The notes beneath the pieces are model-generated. The model worked only from the letters and a program-made list of their open reading frames with translations, was not told the origin of the DNA and ran no database searches. A stretch of 64,000 bases of DNA from Amphiscolops sp. MND2022. Taxonomy: Eukaryota. The DNA lies in contig OZ076420.1 in the NCBI GenBank assembly GCA_964187785.1, forward strand, positions 28,892,001 to 28,956,000. Reading direction: 5' to 3'. Positions 25,350-38,384 of the stretch are shown here, one piece after another; position 1 is the first letter of the stretch; each line of letters opens with the position of its first letter. The position numbers were made by a program, and so were the translations under genes.

Positions 25350-25988
25350 CAGCTAATGGCAGAGAGCGAATTTTTTCAAAATTGCAAACCACCACACCAA
25401 CACACCTTTTCTAGATAAATATATATATTATATGCAGTGTACCGAAGTCAAATGGGTCACACAAAAGTGAAGAAGTTCCACAAGAAAACCGCACTTACAG
25501 CAACTCAGAAAATATATTCAGTCAATGTGGTACCGCGAATATACATACTGGAAACGGATTGGTCGAAAGAACAATCCAATCACTGAAGGATCCAATCAGC
25601 GCAATTTTGGAAACCGGACTGGAACTCCGAGAAAGTTTAAACGGGGCAATTTTTGTCCCTAGGGTTGGGTTACGGTACACTCAGAAGCTAAGAAAACACT
25701 GTTTGTACTACACTTTGGGCGCGAACTGAAAAATATATCTTCTAATCTGAAAAAAAGTTACCTCTGTGGACTCAAAAAATTTTTTAATCTACAACAGCCG
25801 GATTTTCGACCAAGAAAATTACGGATCTTTTTTTCTTGTCCAAAAAAACGAATACCGAGCCGAAATTCAGACGGGAAATAACTTTGAGACAATCCAAGAA
25901 ACTGTCGAATACGGTAGGTACTGATAGGGTAATCAACTATTTTCGACAAAAAGAACTTATAAAGAGAAGTCTTGCTGAAGCCGATTCG

Positions 25989-28900
25989 AGAAAAAACCCA
26001 CAAACTGCCGTATCAGGAATAGAACACACTGTAACAACGGACAAAAATAAATCCACGCAAAGAAACTAATTGCCAACCCATTGACTTTTCAGCACCTCAT
26101 TTTCATGCCAACAAAGAGCATTAGCACCATTGCAACAATCGTGGAACAGCCAACCTGCTCATTGACTCTAGAAACAACCAGTGGGACAGCCTACTTCCGC
26201 ATACAACAAAAAACAAAACACCGAAGGGCCAGAACAACGAGAGGAGCGCCTATTGGCAGAAAAAGAGAGATCAACAGTTTAACGAGATGCCAAATCACTT
26301 CCCCCTGTTAGATTTAGACTAAAGCATGTCAGAAGAGAAAATTCAACTGTTGTAATAACAATGACGGCAAACAAGTCCACATCAACATTGGGATCGCCAT
26401 AAATTTGGCACCAAGCGCAGGTAAAAACAACGGTTGTTTTGGATCTGAACCAAAAAAAATCTTATGCCGAACAAACTGAGAAACTAGGCAGGGTACCGTA
26501 CTATACCGGTAAAAATGAAAAGAAATTCAATACTAACCATGAATTGTCACAGTAACAGACAAAAAAAAGAAGACAATCAGTTAGCAACCAGAAAACCGTG
26601 CCATACGTAGAGAAAACCCTATCAACCGTAAAATACGATAACACTACATACCAACTGTTTCGTGCGGCCTTAGCCGGGGGAATGTGGGATGTAGAGGTCA
26701 CATGATCTTCAAACGTCTGAGCTAGATCGAACAAGAGGACAGAAAATTGCTAACAAACTTTTAAGACTGTACCATCTATTTATGTTGAGTTGATACTACT
26801 GTTGTTTAGACAAAGTTTAATTGAATGTTAATAAAGTCCATTTGTTTTTACCTGTAAGATCTCGTATCTTGACAAACAGTATCGCCAATTTGAGCCGTCT
26901 CCGGTTTTTTAGTCAGCGCTTTTTCGTAGAAAAACGCAGATTATAGTAGTGACTTTTCTTTTTTTAAGACCAAGGAAGTGACAGATTTTTTAAGCTTTAT
27001 AAGCTGACTTGAACTAACACTAAATGCCACACTACTTCTACTGGCACTTGAGATAGAGGTTACTTAGGCTTTTTTGAGGTCCCCTTCTACATTTTTCGGC
27101 ACTATGCGACTTATCGGAGACCAAAAAAATTTTTAAAAAACTTCGAAAAATGGGCTTTTTCAATATTTTCCTCATGCGGGTACTGTAGAAGAGAATAGTT
27201 GACACTTTCAAGTCCTGTTGCTATTTTTGAGCCGTAGATATGGCGCCGACTTGGGTCGTTCCCGGCTTGTTCATTCATGCGTCGACTAAGACTTACGTCA
27301 ATTGTAGTTCGAAAGTAAATATAGGCCAAAATGCCAGGCCAAGCTGTACAGAGCACAACTTTCTTGACAGGGAACTTAAATGTTTTTAGTCGGCACGTTT
27401 TTAAAGAAAAATTCCCCAACTGTTACTCTGGCAAAGTTTTTTGCAAGATGACAAATTCCAAGGTCCATTTTTTACGATCTATTAGCCTAAGGACGAGCGT
27501 GTACTAACAAGTAGACAAGGGTCCTCTCTTTAAATTTTCCTCACTTTTACTTCACCTGCGAAAAAGAAAAAAGTACAAGGGACGCACCGCCTTCTGGGTT
27601 GTTTGGCACTCTGCTACATTTTGCCGAGAAAAATAGTTAGTTAAAGGATCCCCTTTGATTTTGGCCTGTTTTAATTTTGAAAAAAAAAGAAGAAAGGTCC
27701 CGAAGTGTTTCAGAAATTCAACTCTTGAAAACTCCATTTCTCGAAAAACGTTTAATATTTTCTTATATTTTTCAACATTAGTTATTGAATTTCAGACTTC
27801 AGGACTAGTCAAAGTAAAAAAAAATCCTGACATGAGGCCAGATTCGACCCACTGACCTGTTGCCTGATAGTTGGTGCAACTAAACAACAGCACAACGGAA
27901 AGTAGAAAACCGGTTGAATTCATCAGAACTTTTTGGAGCACCACAATTTGTTACAGAACAAAGCACTTGAATGTTAGCACCTGATTCAATCGGCAACTTT
28001 TTAAATTTTGTTCAAAAGCTGGTCCTCCGTAATATCAAGTGTCTATTTTAGTTAGCACATTTTCCTTTATAGGAAAAATGCCCGACTCTTACTGTGACCC
28101 TTTTTTCTCCAGACGACAGACCTCATACTGATCGGTCCACTTTTTACAGAAACTACTGAAACAACTGAGGCCAAGTCCAGTCAGCAGAAACTTAATGCAA
28201 AGGGTCTCTTTCATTTTGTACTTTTCTAACTTTCAACTTTAGCGTCCCACTTTTAATTTTTTTTGAAAATTATTTTTGTCTCCAAAGGGTCCCCTTTCGA
28301 TTTTATTGAAGTTTCCAATCGTAATATCCGAATTAAAGCACTTTTTACGTTATATCAGAACTATATTGCGTTTTATTAAGGAGGAGGCAGACGTTCGAAA
28401 ACAGGAGTTTTTTATGAAAACGTCCTAAGCATATTTTAAAAACTGCGCTTTTTGAGCCTTAGATATAACGCCGACTTTATAGGTTCCCGTCTTGTTCAAT
28501 AGAGTTTAGGTTTGAAGCATACTCAGCTTGATTGTACATAGACAATCGGTTGCAAGCCTCCAAAGTTCCTCTATAAAACAGAGCACAATATAGGAACCAA
28601 CATTAGGTATTGAGAAGGAATGACAAAGCTGTCCCTTGATTGTTCTTGATTGGGCATATTCCAATTTTGATCCTCATTTTTTTTCGTGGGACTAGTTTCA
28701 ACCCTAAATGGACAAGGAAATTTCCAGGTTCATCCAAAAATCTGGTGCTTAAACTTTAAACCGCATCATCTCCTAAACTACCCAAGTCTGACAAACGATT
28801 TATAGCGCGTTAGATGAAAAACAACCAGGGTTTCAAAACTGACGGCTGGACTGGGGGCTCGCTGTCGCACTTGTTCCGGCCTTTGCGCCAAAACTTTGCA

Positions 28901-31900
28901 CGCCTCGTGTTTCTGACTGCATTACAGAAAAAACCACAAACTGCCGTATCAGGAATAGAACACACTGTAACAACAGACAAAAATAAATCCACGCAAAGAA
29001 ACTAATTTCCAACCATTGACTTTTCAGCACCTCATTGTCATGCCAACGAAGAGAATTAGCACCATTGCAACAATTGTGGAACAGCCAACCTGCTAATTGA
29101 CTCTAGAAACAACCAGTGGGACAGCCTGCTTCTGCATACAACAAAAAACAAAACACCGAAGGGCCAGAACAGCGAGAGGAGCGCCTATTGGCAGAAAAAG
29201 AGAGATCAACAGTTTAACGAGATGCCAAATCACTTCCCCTGTTAGATTTAGACTAAAGAATGTCAGAAGAGAAAATTCAACTGTTGTAATAACAGTGACG
29301 GCAAACAGGTCCACACCAACATTGGGATCGCTATAAATTTGGCACCAAGCGCAGGTAAAAACAACGGTTGTATCGGATCTGAACAAAAAAATATCTTATG
29401 CCGAACAAACTGAGAAACTAGGCAGGGTACCGTACTATACCAGTAAAAATGAAAAGAAATTCAATACTAACCATGAATTGTCACAGTAACAGACAAAAAA
29501 AAACAGAAGACAATCTGTTGGCAACCGGAAAACCGTTCCATACGTAGAGAAAACCCTATCAATCGTAAAATACGATAACACTACATACCAACTGTTTCGT
29601 GCGGCCTTAGCCGGGGGAATGTGGGATGTAGAGGTCACATGATCTTCAAACGTCTGAGCTAGATCGAACAAGAGGACAGAAAATTGCTAACAAACTTTTA
29701 AGACTGTACCATCTAATTATGTTGAGTTGATACTACTGTTTAGACAAAGTTGAATTGAATGGTAATAAAGTCCATTTGTTTTTACCTGTAAGATCTCGTA
29801 TCTTGACAAACAGTATCGCCAATTTGAGCCGTCTCCGGTTTTTTAGTCAGCGCTTTTTCGTAGAAAAACGCAGACTATAGTAGTGACTTTTCTTTTTTTA
29901 AGACCAAGGAAGTGACAGATTTTTTAAGCTTTATAAGCTGACTTGAACTAACACTAAATGCCACACTACTTCTACTGGCACTTGAAATAGGGGTTAATTA
30001 GGCTTTTTTGAGGTCCCCTTCTACATTTTTCGGCACTATGCGACTTATCGGATACCAAAAAAATTTTTTAAAAACTTCGAAAAATGGGCTTTTTCAATAT
30101 TTTCCTCATGCGGGTACTGTAGAAGAGAATAGTTGACACTTTCAAGTCCTGTTGCTATTTTTGAGCCGTAGATATGGCGCCGACTTGGGTCGTTCCCGGC
30201 TTGTTCATTCATGCGTCGACTAAGACTTACGTCAATTGTAGTTCGAAAGTAAATATAGGCCAAAATGCCAGGCCAAGCTGTACAGAGCACAACTTTCTTG
30301 ACAGGGAACTTAAATGTTTTTAGTCGGCACGTTTTTAAAGAAAAATTCCCCAACTGTTACTCTGGCAAAGTTTTTTGCAAGATGACAAATTCCAAGGTCC
30401 ATTTTTTACGATCTATTAGCCTAAGGACGAGCGTGTACTAACAAGTAGACAAGCGTCCTCCCTTTATATTTTCCTCACTTTTACTTCACCTGCGAAAAAG
30501 AAAAAAGTACAAGGGACGCACCGCCTTCTGGGTTGTTTGGCACTCTGCTACATTTTGCCGAGAAAAATAGTTAGTTAAAGGATCCCCTTTGATTTTGGCC
30601 TGTTTTAATTTTGAAAAAAAAAGAAGAAAGGTCCCGAAGTGTTTCAGAAATTCAACTCTTGAAAACTCCATTTCTCGAAAAACGTTTAATATTTTCTTAT
30701 ATTTTTCAACATTAGTTATTGAATTTCAGACTTCAGGACTAGTCAAAGTAAAAAAAATCCTGACATGAGGCCAGATTCGACCCACTGACCTGTTGCCTGA
30801 TAGTTGGTGCAACTAAACAACAGCACAACGGAAAGTAGAAAACCGGTTGAATTCATCAGAACTTCTTGGAGCACCACAATTTGTTACAGAACAAAGCACT
30901 TGAATGTTAGCACCTGATTCAATCGGCAACTTTTTAAATTTTGTTCAAAAGCTGGTCCTCCGTAATATCAAGTGTCTATTTTAGTTAGCACATTTTCCTT
31001 TATAGGAAAAATGCCCGACTCTTACTGTGACCCTTTTTTCTCCAGACGACAGACCTCATACTGATCGGTCCACTTTTTACAGAAACTACTGAAACAACTG
31101 AGGCCAAGTCCAGTCAGCAGAAACTTAATGCAAAGGGTCTCTTTCATTTTGTACTTTTCTAACTTTCAACTTTATCGTCCCACTTTTAATTTTTTTTGAA
31201 AATTATTTTTGTCTCCAAAGGGTCCCCTTTCGATTTTATTGAAGTTTCCAATCGTAATATCCGAATTAAAGCACTTTTTACGTTATATCAGAACTATATT
31301 GCGTTTTATTAAGGAGGAGGCAGACGTTCGAAAACAGGAGTTTTTTATGAAAACGTCCTAAGCATATTTTAAAAACTGCGCTTTTTGAGCCTTAGATATA
31401 ACGCCGACTTTATAGGTTCCCGTCTTGTTCAATAGAGTTTAGGTTTGAAGCATACTCAGCTTGATTGTACATAGACAATCGGTTGCAAGCCTCCAAAGTT
31501 CCTCTATAAAACAGAGCACAATATAGGAACCAACATTAGGTATTGAGAAGGAATGACAAAGCTGTCCCTTGATTGTTCTTGATTGGGCATATTCCAATTT
31601 TGATCCTCATTTTTTTTCGTGGGACTAGTTTCAACCCTAAATGGACAAGGAAATTTCCAGGTTCATCCAAAAATCTGGTGCTTAAACTTTAAACCGCAAT
31701 ATCTCCTAAACTACCCAAGTCTGACAAACGATTTATAGCGCGTTAGATGAAAAACAACCAGGGTTTCAAAACTGACGGCTGGACTGGGGGCTCGCTGTCG
31801 CACTTGTTCCGGCCTTTGCGCCAAAACTTTGCACGCCTCGTGTTTCTGACTGCATTACAGAAAAAACCACAAACTGCCGTATCAGGAATAGAACACACTG

Positions 31901-34790
31901 TAACAACAGACAAAAATAAATCCACGCAAAGAAACTAATTTCCAACCATTGACTTTTCAGCACCTCATTGTCATGCCAACGAAGAGAATTAGCACCATTG
32001 CAACAATTGTGGAACAGCCAACCTGCTAATTGACTCTAGAAACAACCAGTGGGACAGCCTGCTTCTGCATACAACAAAAAAAAAACAAAACACCGAAGGG
32101 CCAGAACAGCGAGAGGAGCGCCTATTGGCAGAAAAAGAGAGATCAACAGTTTAACGAGATGCCAAATCACTTCCCCTGTTAGATTTAGACTAAAGAATGT
32201 CATAAGAGAAAATTCAACTGTTGTAATAACAGTGACGGCAAACAGGTCCACACCAACATTGGGATCGCTATAAATTTGGCACCAAGCGCAGGTAAAAACA
32301 ACGGTTGTATCGGATCTGAACAAAAAAATATCTTATGCCGAACAAACTGAGAAACTAGGCAGGGTACCGTACTATACCAGTAAAAATGAAAAGAAATTCA
32401 ATACTAACCATGAATTGTCACAGTAACAGACAAAAAAAAAACAGAAGACAATCTGTTGGCAACCGGAAAACCGTTCCATACGTAGAGAAAACCCTATCAA
32501 TCGTAAAATACGATAACACTACATACCAACTGTTTCGTGCGGCCTTAGCCGGGGGAATGTGGGATGTAGAGGTCACATGATCTTCAAACGTCTGAGCTAG
32601 ATCGAACAAGAGGACAGAAAATTGCTAACAAACTTTTAAGACTGTACCATCTAATTATGTTGAGTTGATACTACTGTTTAGACAAAGTTGAATTGAATGG
32701 TAATAAAGTCCATTTGTTTTTACCTGTAAGATCTCGTATCTTGACAAACAGTATCGCCAATTTGAGCCGTCTCCGGTTTTTTAGTCAGCGCTTTTTCGTA
32801 GAAAAACGCAGACTATAGTAGTGACTTTTTTTAAGACCAACGAAGTGACAGATTTTATAAGCTTTTTAAGCTGACTTGAACTAACACTAAATGCCACACT
32901 ACTTCTACTGGCACTTAAAATAGGGGTTAATTAGGCTTTTTTGAGGTCCCCTTCTACATTTTTCGGCACTATGCGACTTATCGGATACCAAAAAAAAATT
33001 TTTAAAAACTTCGAAAAATGGGCTTTTTCAATTTTTTCCTCATGCGGGTACTGTAGAAGAGAATAGTTGACACTTTCAAGTCCTGTTGCTATTTTTGAGC
33101 CGTAGATATGGCGCCGACTTGGGTCGTTCCCGGCTTGTTCATTCATGCGTCGACTAAGACTTACGTCAATTGTAGTTCGAAAGTAAATATAGGCCAAAAT
33201 GCCAGGCCAAGCTGTACAGAGCACAATTTTCTTGACAGGGAACTTAAATGCTTTTAGTCGGCACGTTTTTAAAGAAAAATTCCCCAACTGTTACTCTGGC
33301 AAAGTTTTTTGCAAGATGACAAATTCCAAGGTCCATTTTTTACGATCTATTAGCCTAAGGACGAGCGTGTACTAACAAGTAGACAAGGGTCCTCCCTTTA
33401 AATTTTCCTCACTTTTACTTCACCTGCGAAAAAGAAAAAAGTACAAGGGACGCACCGCCTTCTGGGTTGTTTGGCACTCTGCTACATTTTGCCGAGAAAA
33501 ATAGTTAGGTAAAGGATCCCCTTTGATTTTGGCCTGTTTTAACTTTGAAAAAAAAGAAGAAAGGTCCCGAAGTGTTTCAGAAATTCATCTCTTGAAAACT
33601 CCATTTCTCGAAAAACGTTTGATATTTTCTTATAATTTTCAACTTTAGTTATTGAATTTCAGACTTCAGGACTAGTCAAAGTAAAAAAAATCCTGACATG
33701 AGGCCAGATTCGACCCACTGACCTGTTGCCTGATAGTTGGTGCAACTAAACAACAGCACAACGGAAAGTAGAAAACCGGTTGTATTCATCAGAACTTCTT
33801 GGAGCACCACAATTTGTTACAGAACAAAGCACTTGAATGTTAGCACCTGATTCAATCGGCAACTTTTTAAATTTTGTTCAAAAGCTGGTCCTCCGTAATA
33901 TCAAGTGTCCATTTTAGTTAGCACATTTTCCTTTATCGGAAAAATGCCCGACTCTTACTGTGACCCTTTTTTCTCCAGACGACAGACCTTATACTGATCG
34001 GTCCACTTTTTACAGAAACTACTGAAACAAGTGAGGCCAAGTCCAGTCAGCGGAAACTTAATGCAAAGGGTCTCTTTCATTTTTTACTTTTCTAACTTTC
34101 AACTTTAGCGTCCCACTTTCAATTTTTTTTGAAAATTATTTTTGTCTCCAAAGGGTCCCCTTTCGATTTTATGGAAGTCTCCCCTCGTAATATCCGAATT
34201 AAAGCACTTTTTACGTTATAACAGAACTATATTGCGTTTTATTTGGGAGGCGGCAGACGTTCGAAAACAGGAGTTTTTTATGAAAACGTCCTAAGCATAT
34301 TTTAAAAACTGCGCTTTTTGAGCCTTAGATATAACGCCGACTTTAGTGGTTCCCGTCTTGTTCAATAGAGTTTAGGTTTGAAGCATACTCAGCTTGATTG
34401 TACATAGACAATCGGTTGCAAGCCTCCAAAGTTCCTCTATAAAACAGAGCACAATATAGGAACCAACATTAGGTATTGAGAAGGAATGACAAAGCTGTCC
34501 CTTGATTGTTCTTGATTGGGCATATTCCAATTTTGATCCTCATTTTTTTCAAGGGACTAGTTTCAACCCTAAATGGACAAGGAAATTTCCGGATTCATCC
34601 AAAAATCTGGTGCTTAAACTTTAAACCGCAATATCTCCTAAACTACCCAAGTCTGACAAACGATTTATAGCGCGTTCGATGAAAGACAACCAGGGTTTTA
34701 AAAGTGACGGCTGGACTGGGGGCTCGCTGTCGCACTTGTTCCGGCCTTTGCGCCAAAACTTTGCACGCCTCGTGTTTCTGACTGCATTTC
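25989..34790. repeat. Tandem array of three ~2.93-kb units (25989-28925, 28926-31858, 31859-34790)
   Basis: Each unit starts AGAAAAAACC(C)ACAAACTGCCGTATCAGG and ends CGTGTTTCTGACTGCATT(A/T)C. The ORF track repeats with a ~2934 period. AG microhomology occurs at the junctions. Each unit contains two HINE-like repeats and a degenerate coding remnant. Confidence 0.97.
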
Positions 34791-35707
34791 AGCATGTTGA
34801 AAGACTTTTATAACCATTTTGACCCAACATTGAGACCTGTGGGATAAAATGGCCATAAACTAAAACTGAAAAAAAAGGAAAATCTGCGCTTATTCTTTAA
34901 ATTTTTGTGGTCATGTTTGCTTGATTTTGGAGGCAACGTGTCAATATTCCGTAAAAAGGCCTGCAATGCTTTTTAATAATGTCTGAAAATCTTATTCATG
35001 AGTTTCCCTTTCCATACCGTCAGTTTGTTCGTTCAGAAGTTTGCAGAAACTAACTGAGACGAATACATCCCAATTGTCCATTTAGGGTTATACTAGATAA
35101 CCATCAGCACTGAATTATTTTTAACCTTCTCTTCATAACAACAAGGCAGTTGATGAAACCATTTCACGTTAACTTGGTACATGTCTCTACTGTTGGCTGC
35201 TCATGAACTACCCCTGCTTTGCATGAACATCACTCATCAGAAAGAATACCCTCCGAAATTAACAACCAACGCTGTTAGTTACACGACATCAGATATAAGT
35301 GACACTTCGAATAGACAAAAATACAACGCTTATGATGGTAGCTAAACAGCATCATAAAAAACAGTTGGAAAACTGTAAACACTAACCCTTCCAAATACCA
35401 CTCTCAGTTGAAAGTAGTTACATGTGTAAATACTTCAATATTAACTATGGATGACGGGCCTATCCAATGATCTTATCAAGATTCATACCAAAACGGTTTT
35501 ATGGGAATAGCATCGTGTATACCAATATCTTTGTCATATATCGTGTTGTAGTAGTCTCAATTGCATTCAATCATTCATCGCTGTTTGAACATAATACATT
35601 TAACGTTGGCAACACTCCATCATCGCATCTCTATACAAACCATTATTCATTAGTTGACCATAGTCACATTTTGCAACAAAACCTCAATTTTGTAAGTACT
35701 GGTATGA

Positions 35708-36214
35708 TGTAGCAATTAACACCTAATTAGAGAGGCAGTGCTATTGGTCAATACAGTCACGTGAGGTGGTCACGCAACCAAGTCCAGGATATTGGTAGCA
35801 GGTGCTAAGATACAGCTACATTGTCTTTAGAGAGTTGCTCACTACGTCGTCTTTTTATAGTGCAATATTTTTCGAAAACTATTACTCAATCATATTTACA
35901 CCTTCAATTCAAGTACTTTCAACACTCAAATTTTTAAACTCTCTCTTTGATAAATACCAGATCTCGAACAGCTAAAAACATCTCGACAGAAGCAAACACT
36001 ATGGACAGATATAGTGATACTGAGAGTGAAGGCAGTGTACCTGAAGTCCTCACAAGAGAACAAATGACTGAATTCAACAATGGAGACTTAATTTTCAACC
36101 GAAACGATTCCGAAATGAACGTCGTCAACCAACAGTTTTGTGAAATGAATAAACAGATTAGCGATCTGACAAGCCTAGTCTTAGCCTTAACCGAAAAGTT
36201 GGAGATTACTTCAA
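35708..36214 (+). mobile_element. Solo LTR (507 bp) containing the start of a gag-like ORF
   Basis: Starts TGTAGC. Flanked by the 5-bp direct repeat TATGA (35703-35707 and 36215-36219). Contains ORF 35947-36219 INTRSRTAKN...MNKQISDLTSLVLALTEK with a predicted coiled coil. The 3' end reads TTCAA rather than canonical CA. Confidence 0.7.
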
Positions 36215-37082
36215 TATGAGACTGGAATCTTCTGCTGATCTGATGGAAATCGTGAACATGTCCGATGCTTCCTTGCACAACCCGAATGACGCATTCTCAT
36301 TCCTCAAGGCTGTTGGAACAATGATTGCGGTTGAGAGATCGTTCCGCAAGCTCAACAAACTCGCAATTTTGCCTCTGATAATGTTGTAGCATCTATTTCT
36401 TCATTTTGCAACAAAAGTTGATTTTTCTGTGATCAATCGAGTTTTAAACTGACAAGAAAAGGGCGGCGAACAAAAGGCGAAGTTACTCTATAACTTTCAA
36501 TGGACGTTAAAAATTCATCTTCGCTTGCTTTTTTGGGCAAATGGCAGACCGAGAAATTAAAATCCGAGGAAAAACTAATAATAATTTATTCTAATGATAA
36601 CTAATTTAATCCAATTTGGCAAATCAATTATAACAGCATTAAAAACGAAAAACGCTATCTTCTAAAATTTGAACAGAAGAAACAAAAAGCCAGTAAAAAT
36701 TAATTTTTCACTTTGTTCCAGCATCTTCGTATCATCTCGTAGTACAATTTTTGTATGATTGATGAGCTTTCAGTACATTGTCAGTAACAGGTTTGTTGTG
36801 CAACATGTGTTGAAATGGAGTGGTAATGCCAGCCAGTCAAAATTGAGATTAGTCGCTTCATTTCTGTAACTAATTGAACTTTCGTACAAACGAGCAAGTA
36901 ACCAATAACAAAAAACCACACTGCTCATTCAAATGAAACGAAACTTTTTTGCAAATAGCATAAAATTGAAATGAGCATCGAACATAAACTGCTAGCTGAC
37001 TTTTCTATGAAAAAATAGCGAGTCTTTTATAATTGCATTTTTATCATTACTATCAAACTCCGGTTTTACTAAAACTGGATCT

Positions 37083-37383
37083 ATCTCTTTCACTATATCC
37101 TCCCCCAAAGCAAAAAGGGGGGACATAGTGAAACACTATTAATTGCACATTCTAATAGCGCAGATCAGCTCTTATCTAACAACGCTTCTGATTGGCTGAC
37201 TGGGGATTTTGACACTAAGAGCCAATAAAAAGTGTCGTTAGTTATGACGAGATCAATTGATTGACAGAATAGCATGAGAGATTAGCCAATAGGAGATGAA
37301 TATAAAAGAGCCGTAAACATTCTTTTCCTATAGGGGTGACATAGTGTAACAAGTCATATGGGGGAGGAAATAGTGAAAGAGAT
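37083..37383. mobile_element. ~300-bp MITE-like element with 25-bp TIRs
   Basis: ATCTCTTTCACTATATCCTCCCCCA (37083-37107) pairs with TGGGGGAGGAAATAGTGAAAGAGAT (37359-37383) with 1 mismatch. Two extra internal copies of GGGG.GACATAGTG. No clear TSD. Confidence 0.75.
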
Positions 37384-38046
37384 GCCTAAAACTAATTCAT
37401 CTTGAATCCTATTTTTCACGCTATCCTAAAAATCAAGAAATTGTATTTGAATTATCACAATCACTTTTTTCACAAAAAACAGCATGCATAGAAAAACCTT
37501 GTACAACACAAGACTTTGCATAACGTCAGAAAAGTGAACTGCACATTGAATTCACACTTTCATTATAAACTACTGCTCTGATGCTGAGAAACATGTTTCA
37601 CACCAATTTAAATTCAATCGATTTGCAGTTTTCGTCAAAAATCATGACAGATGGATTGATTGGAATTTTTGAAGACTTGTCTTGTTTTGTTTTTTTTTTG
37701 TTTTTTTGTTTGTCTTGTTTGAATTTTTTGTTTTCGAAAAAAGGTAAAACTAAAACGTGTAGGTTAGATCAGAGTCACTGAAATAGTGACATGCAAAGTC
37801 TCTAACTTCACGAGTTCTAGTTCTATAGGGATTGGAATTTCAAACATTTTCGAAAACTCTTCTGACATGGAAGTACAGTATCTATGAGCAAATTTCCCAA
37901 TATTCTTTCTGTGAAAGGTTTTGACGCACTTGGACTTATTCCGTCAGTGACCGAATATTTGTCGATAAGTGTATGTGTGTTCACTGTGTTCATTTTAGTC
38001 GCCCGGGCTTGTTTGCAGTAGTTTTTGGAATGGAAAAACTTCTTCG

Positions 38047-38128
38047 TCAAAGCGAAGAAACTCCAGTCGGAGACTGAGGCGATGGGTTGCCTTTTGTAGC
38101 ACTGTACATGCGCATATAAAACAATGGT
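38047..38128 (-). CDS. Probable terminal exon of a minus-strand membrane (7TM-like) protein gene
   Basis: Acceptor TTTTGTTTCAG|A. Phase 2 matches the donor of exon 39287-39497. It gives (K)PLFYMRMYSATKGNPSPQSPTGVSSL*, with TGA at 38049-38047. Confidence 0.5.
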
Positions 38129-38384
38129 CTGAAACAAAAAGTGTTACATCATAGATGATCAGGAAAAACATGCGTTTTTGTAGATTTTTTTTCCGACGGG
38201 CTCGAAATGATACTCTAAATCGAGCCTCGAAAAACTAGATCTTGAAAAATTGATAGCAAGTTTTTTAATGCAAGGAATTCTGAAATTACGATGAAAAACT
38301 AAAAATGCAGCGACTATGTTATGTTTTCCATTTTTGGTCAGAAAGTAACACTTAACTTGGAAGAAAAAACATTGACGAGTCATT

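Noticed and set aside
27825-27905. tRNA gene on the minus strand (also in units 2 and 3, and ~49690-49730)
   Set aside because: Only a degenerate B-box-like GGGTCGAATC(T) is present and no cloverleaf can be folded. At most a tRNA-derived piece of a repeat.
25989-34790. CRISPR-like or functional multigene array
   Set aside because: Units are ~2.9-kb near-identical duplications of repeat-derived DNA with no repeat-spacer structure. The recurring short ORFs only reflect the duplication.
36220-36390. hAT dimerisation-like AVERSFRKL peptide
   Set aside because: Single short motif with no supporting transposase sequence.
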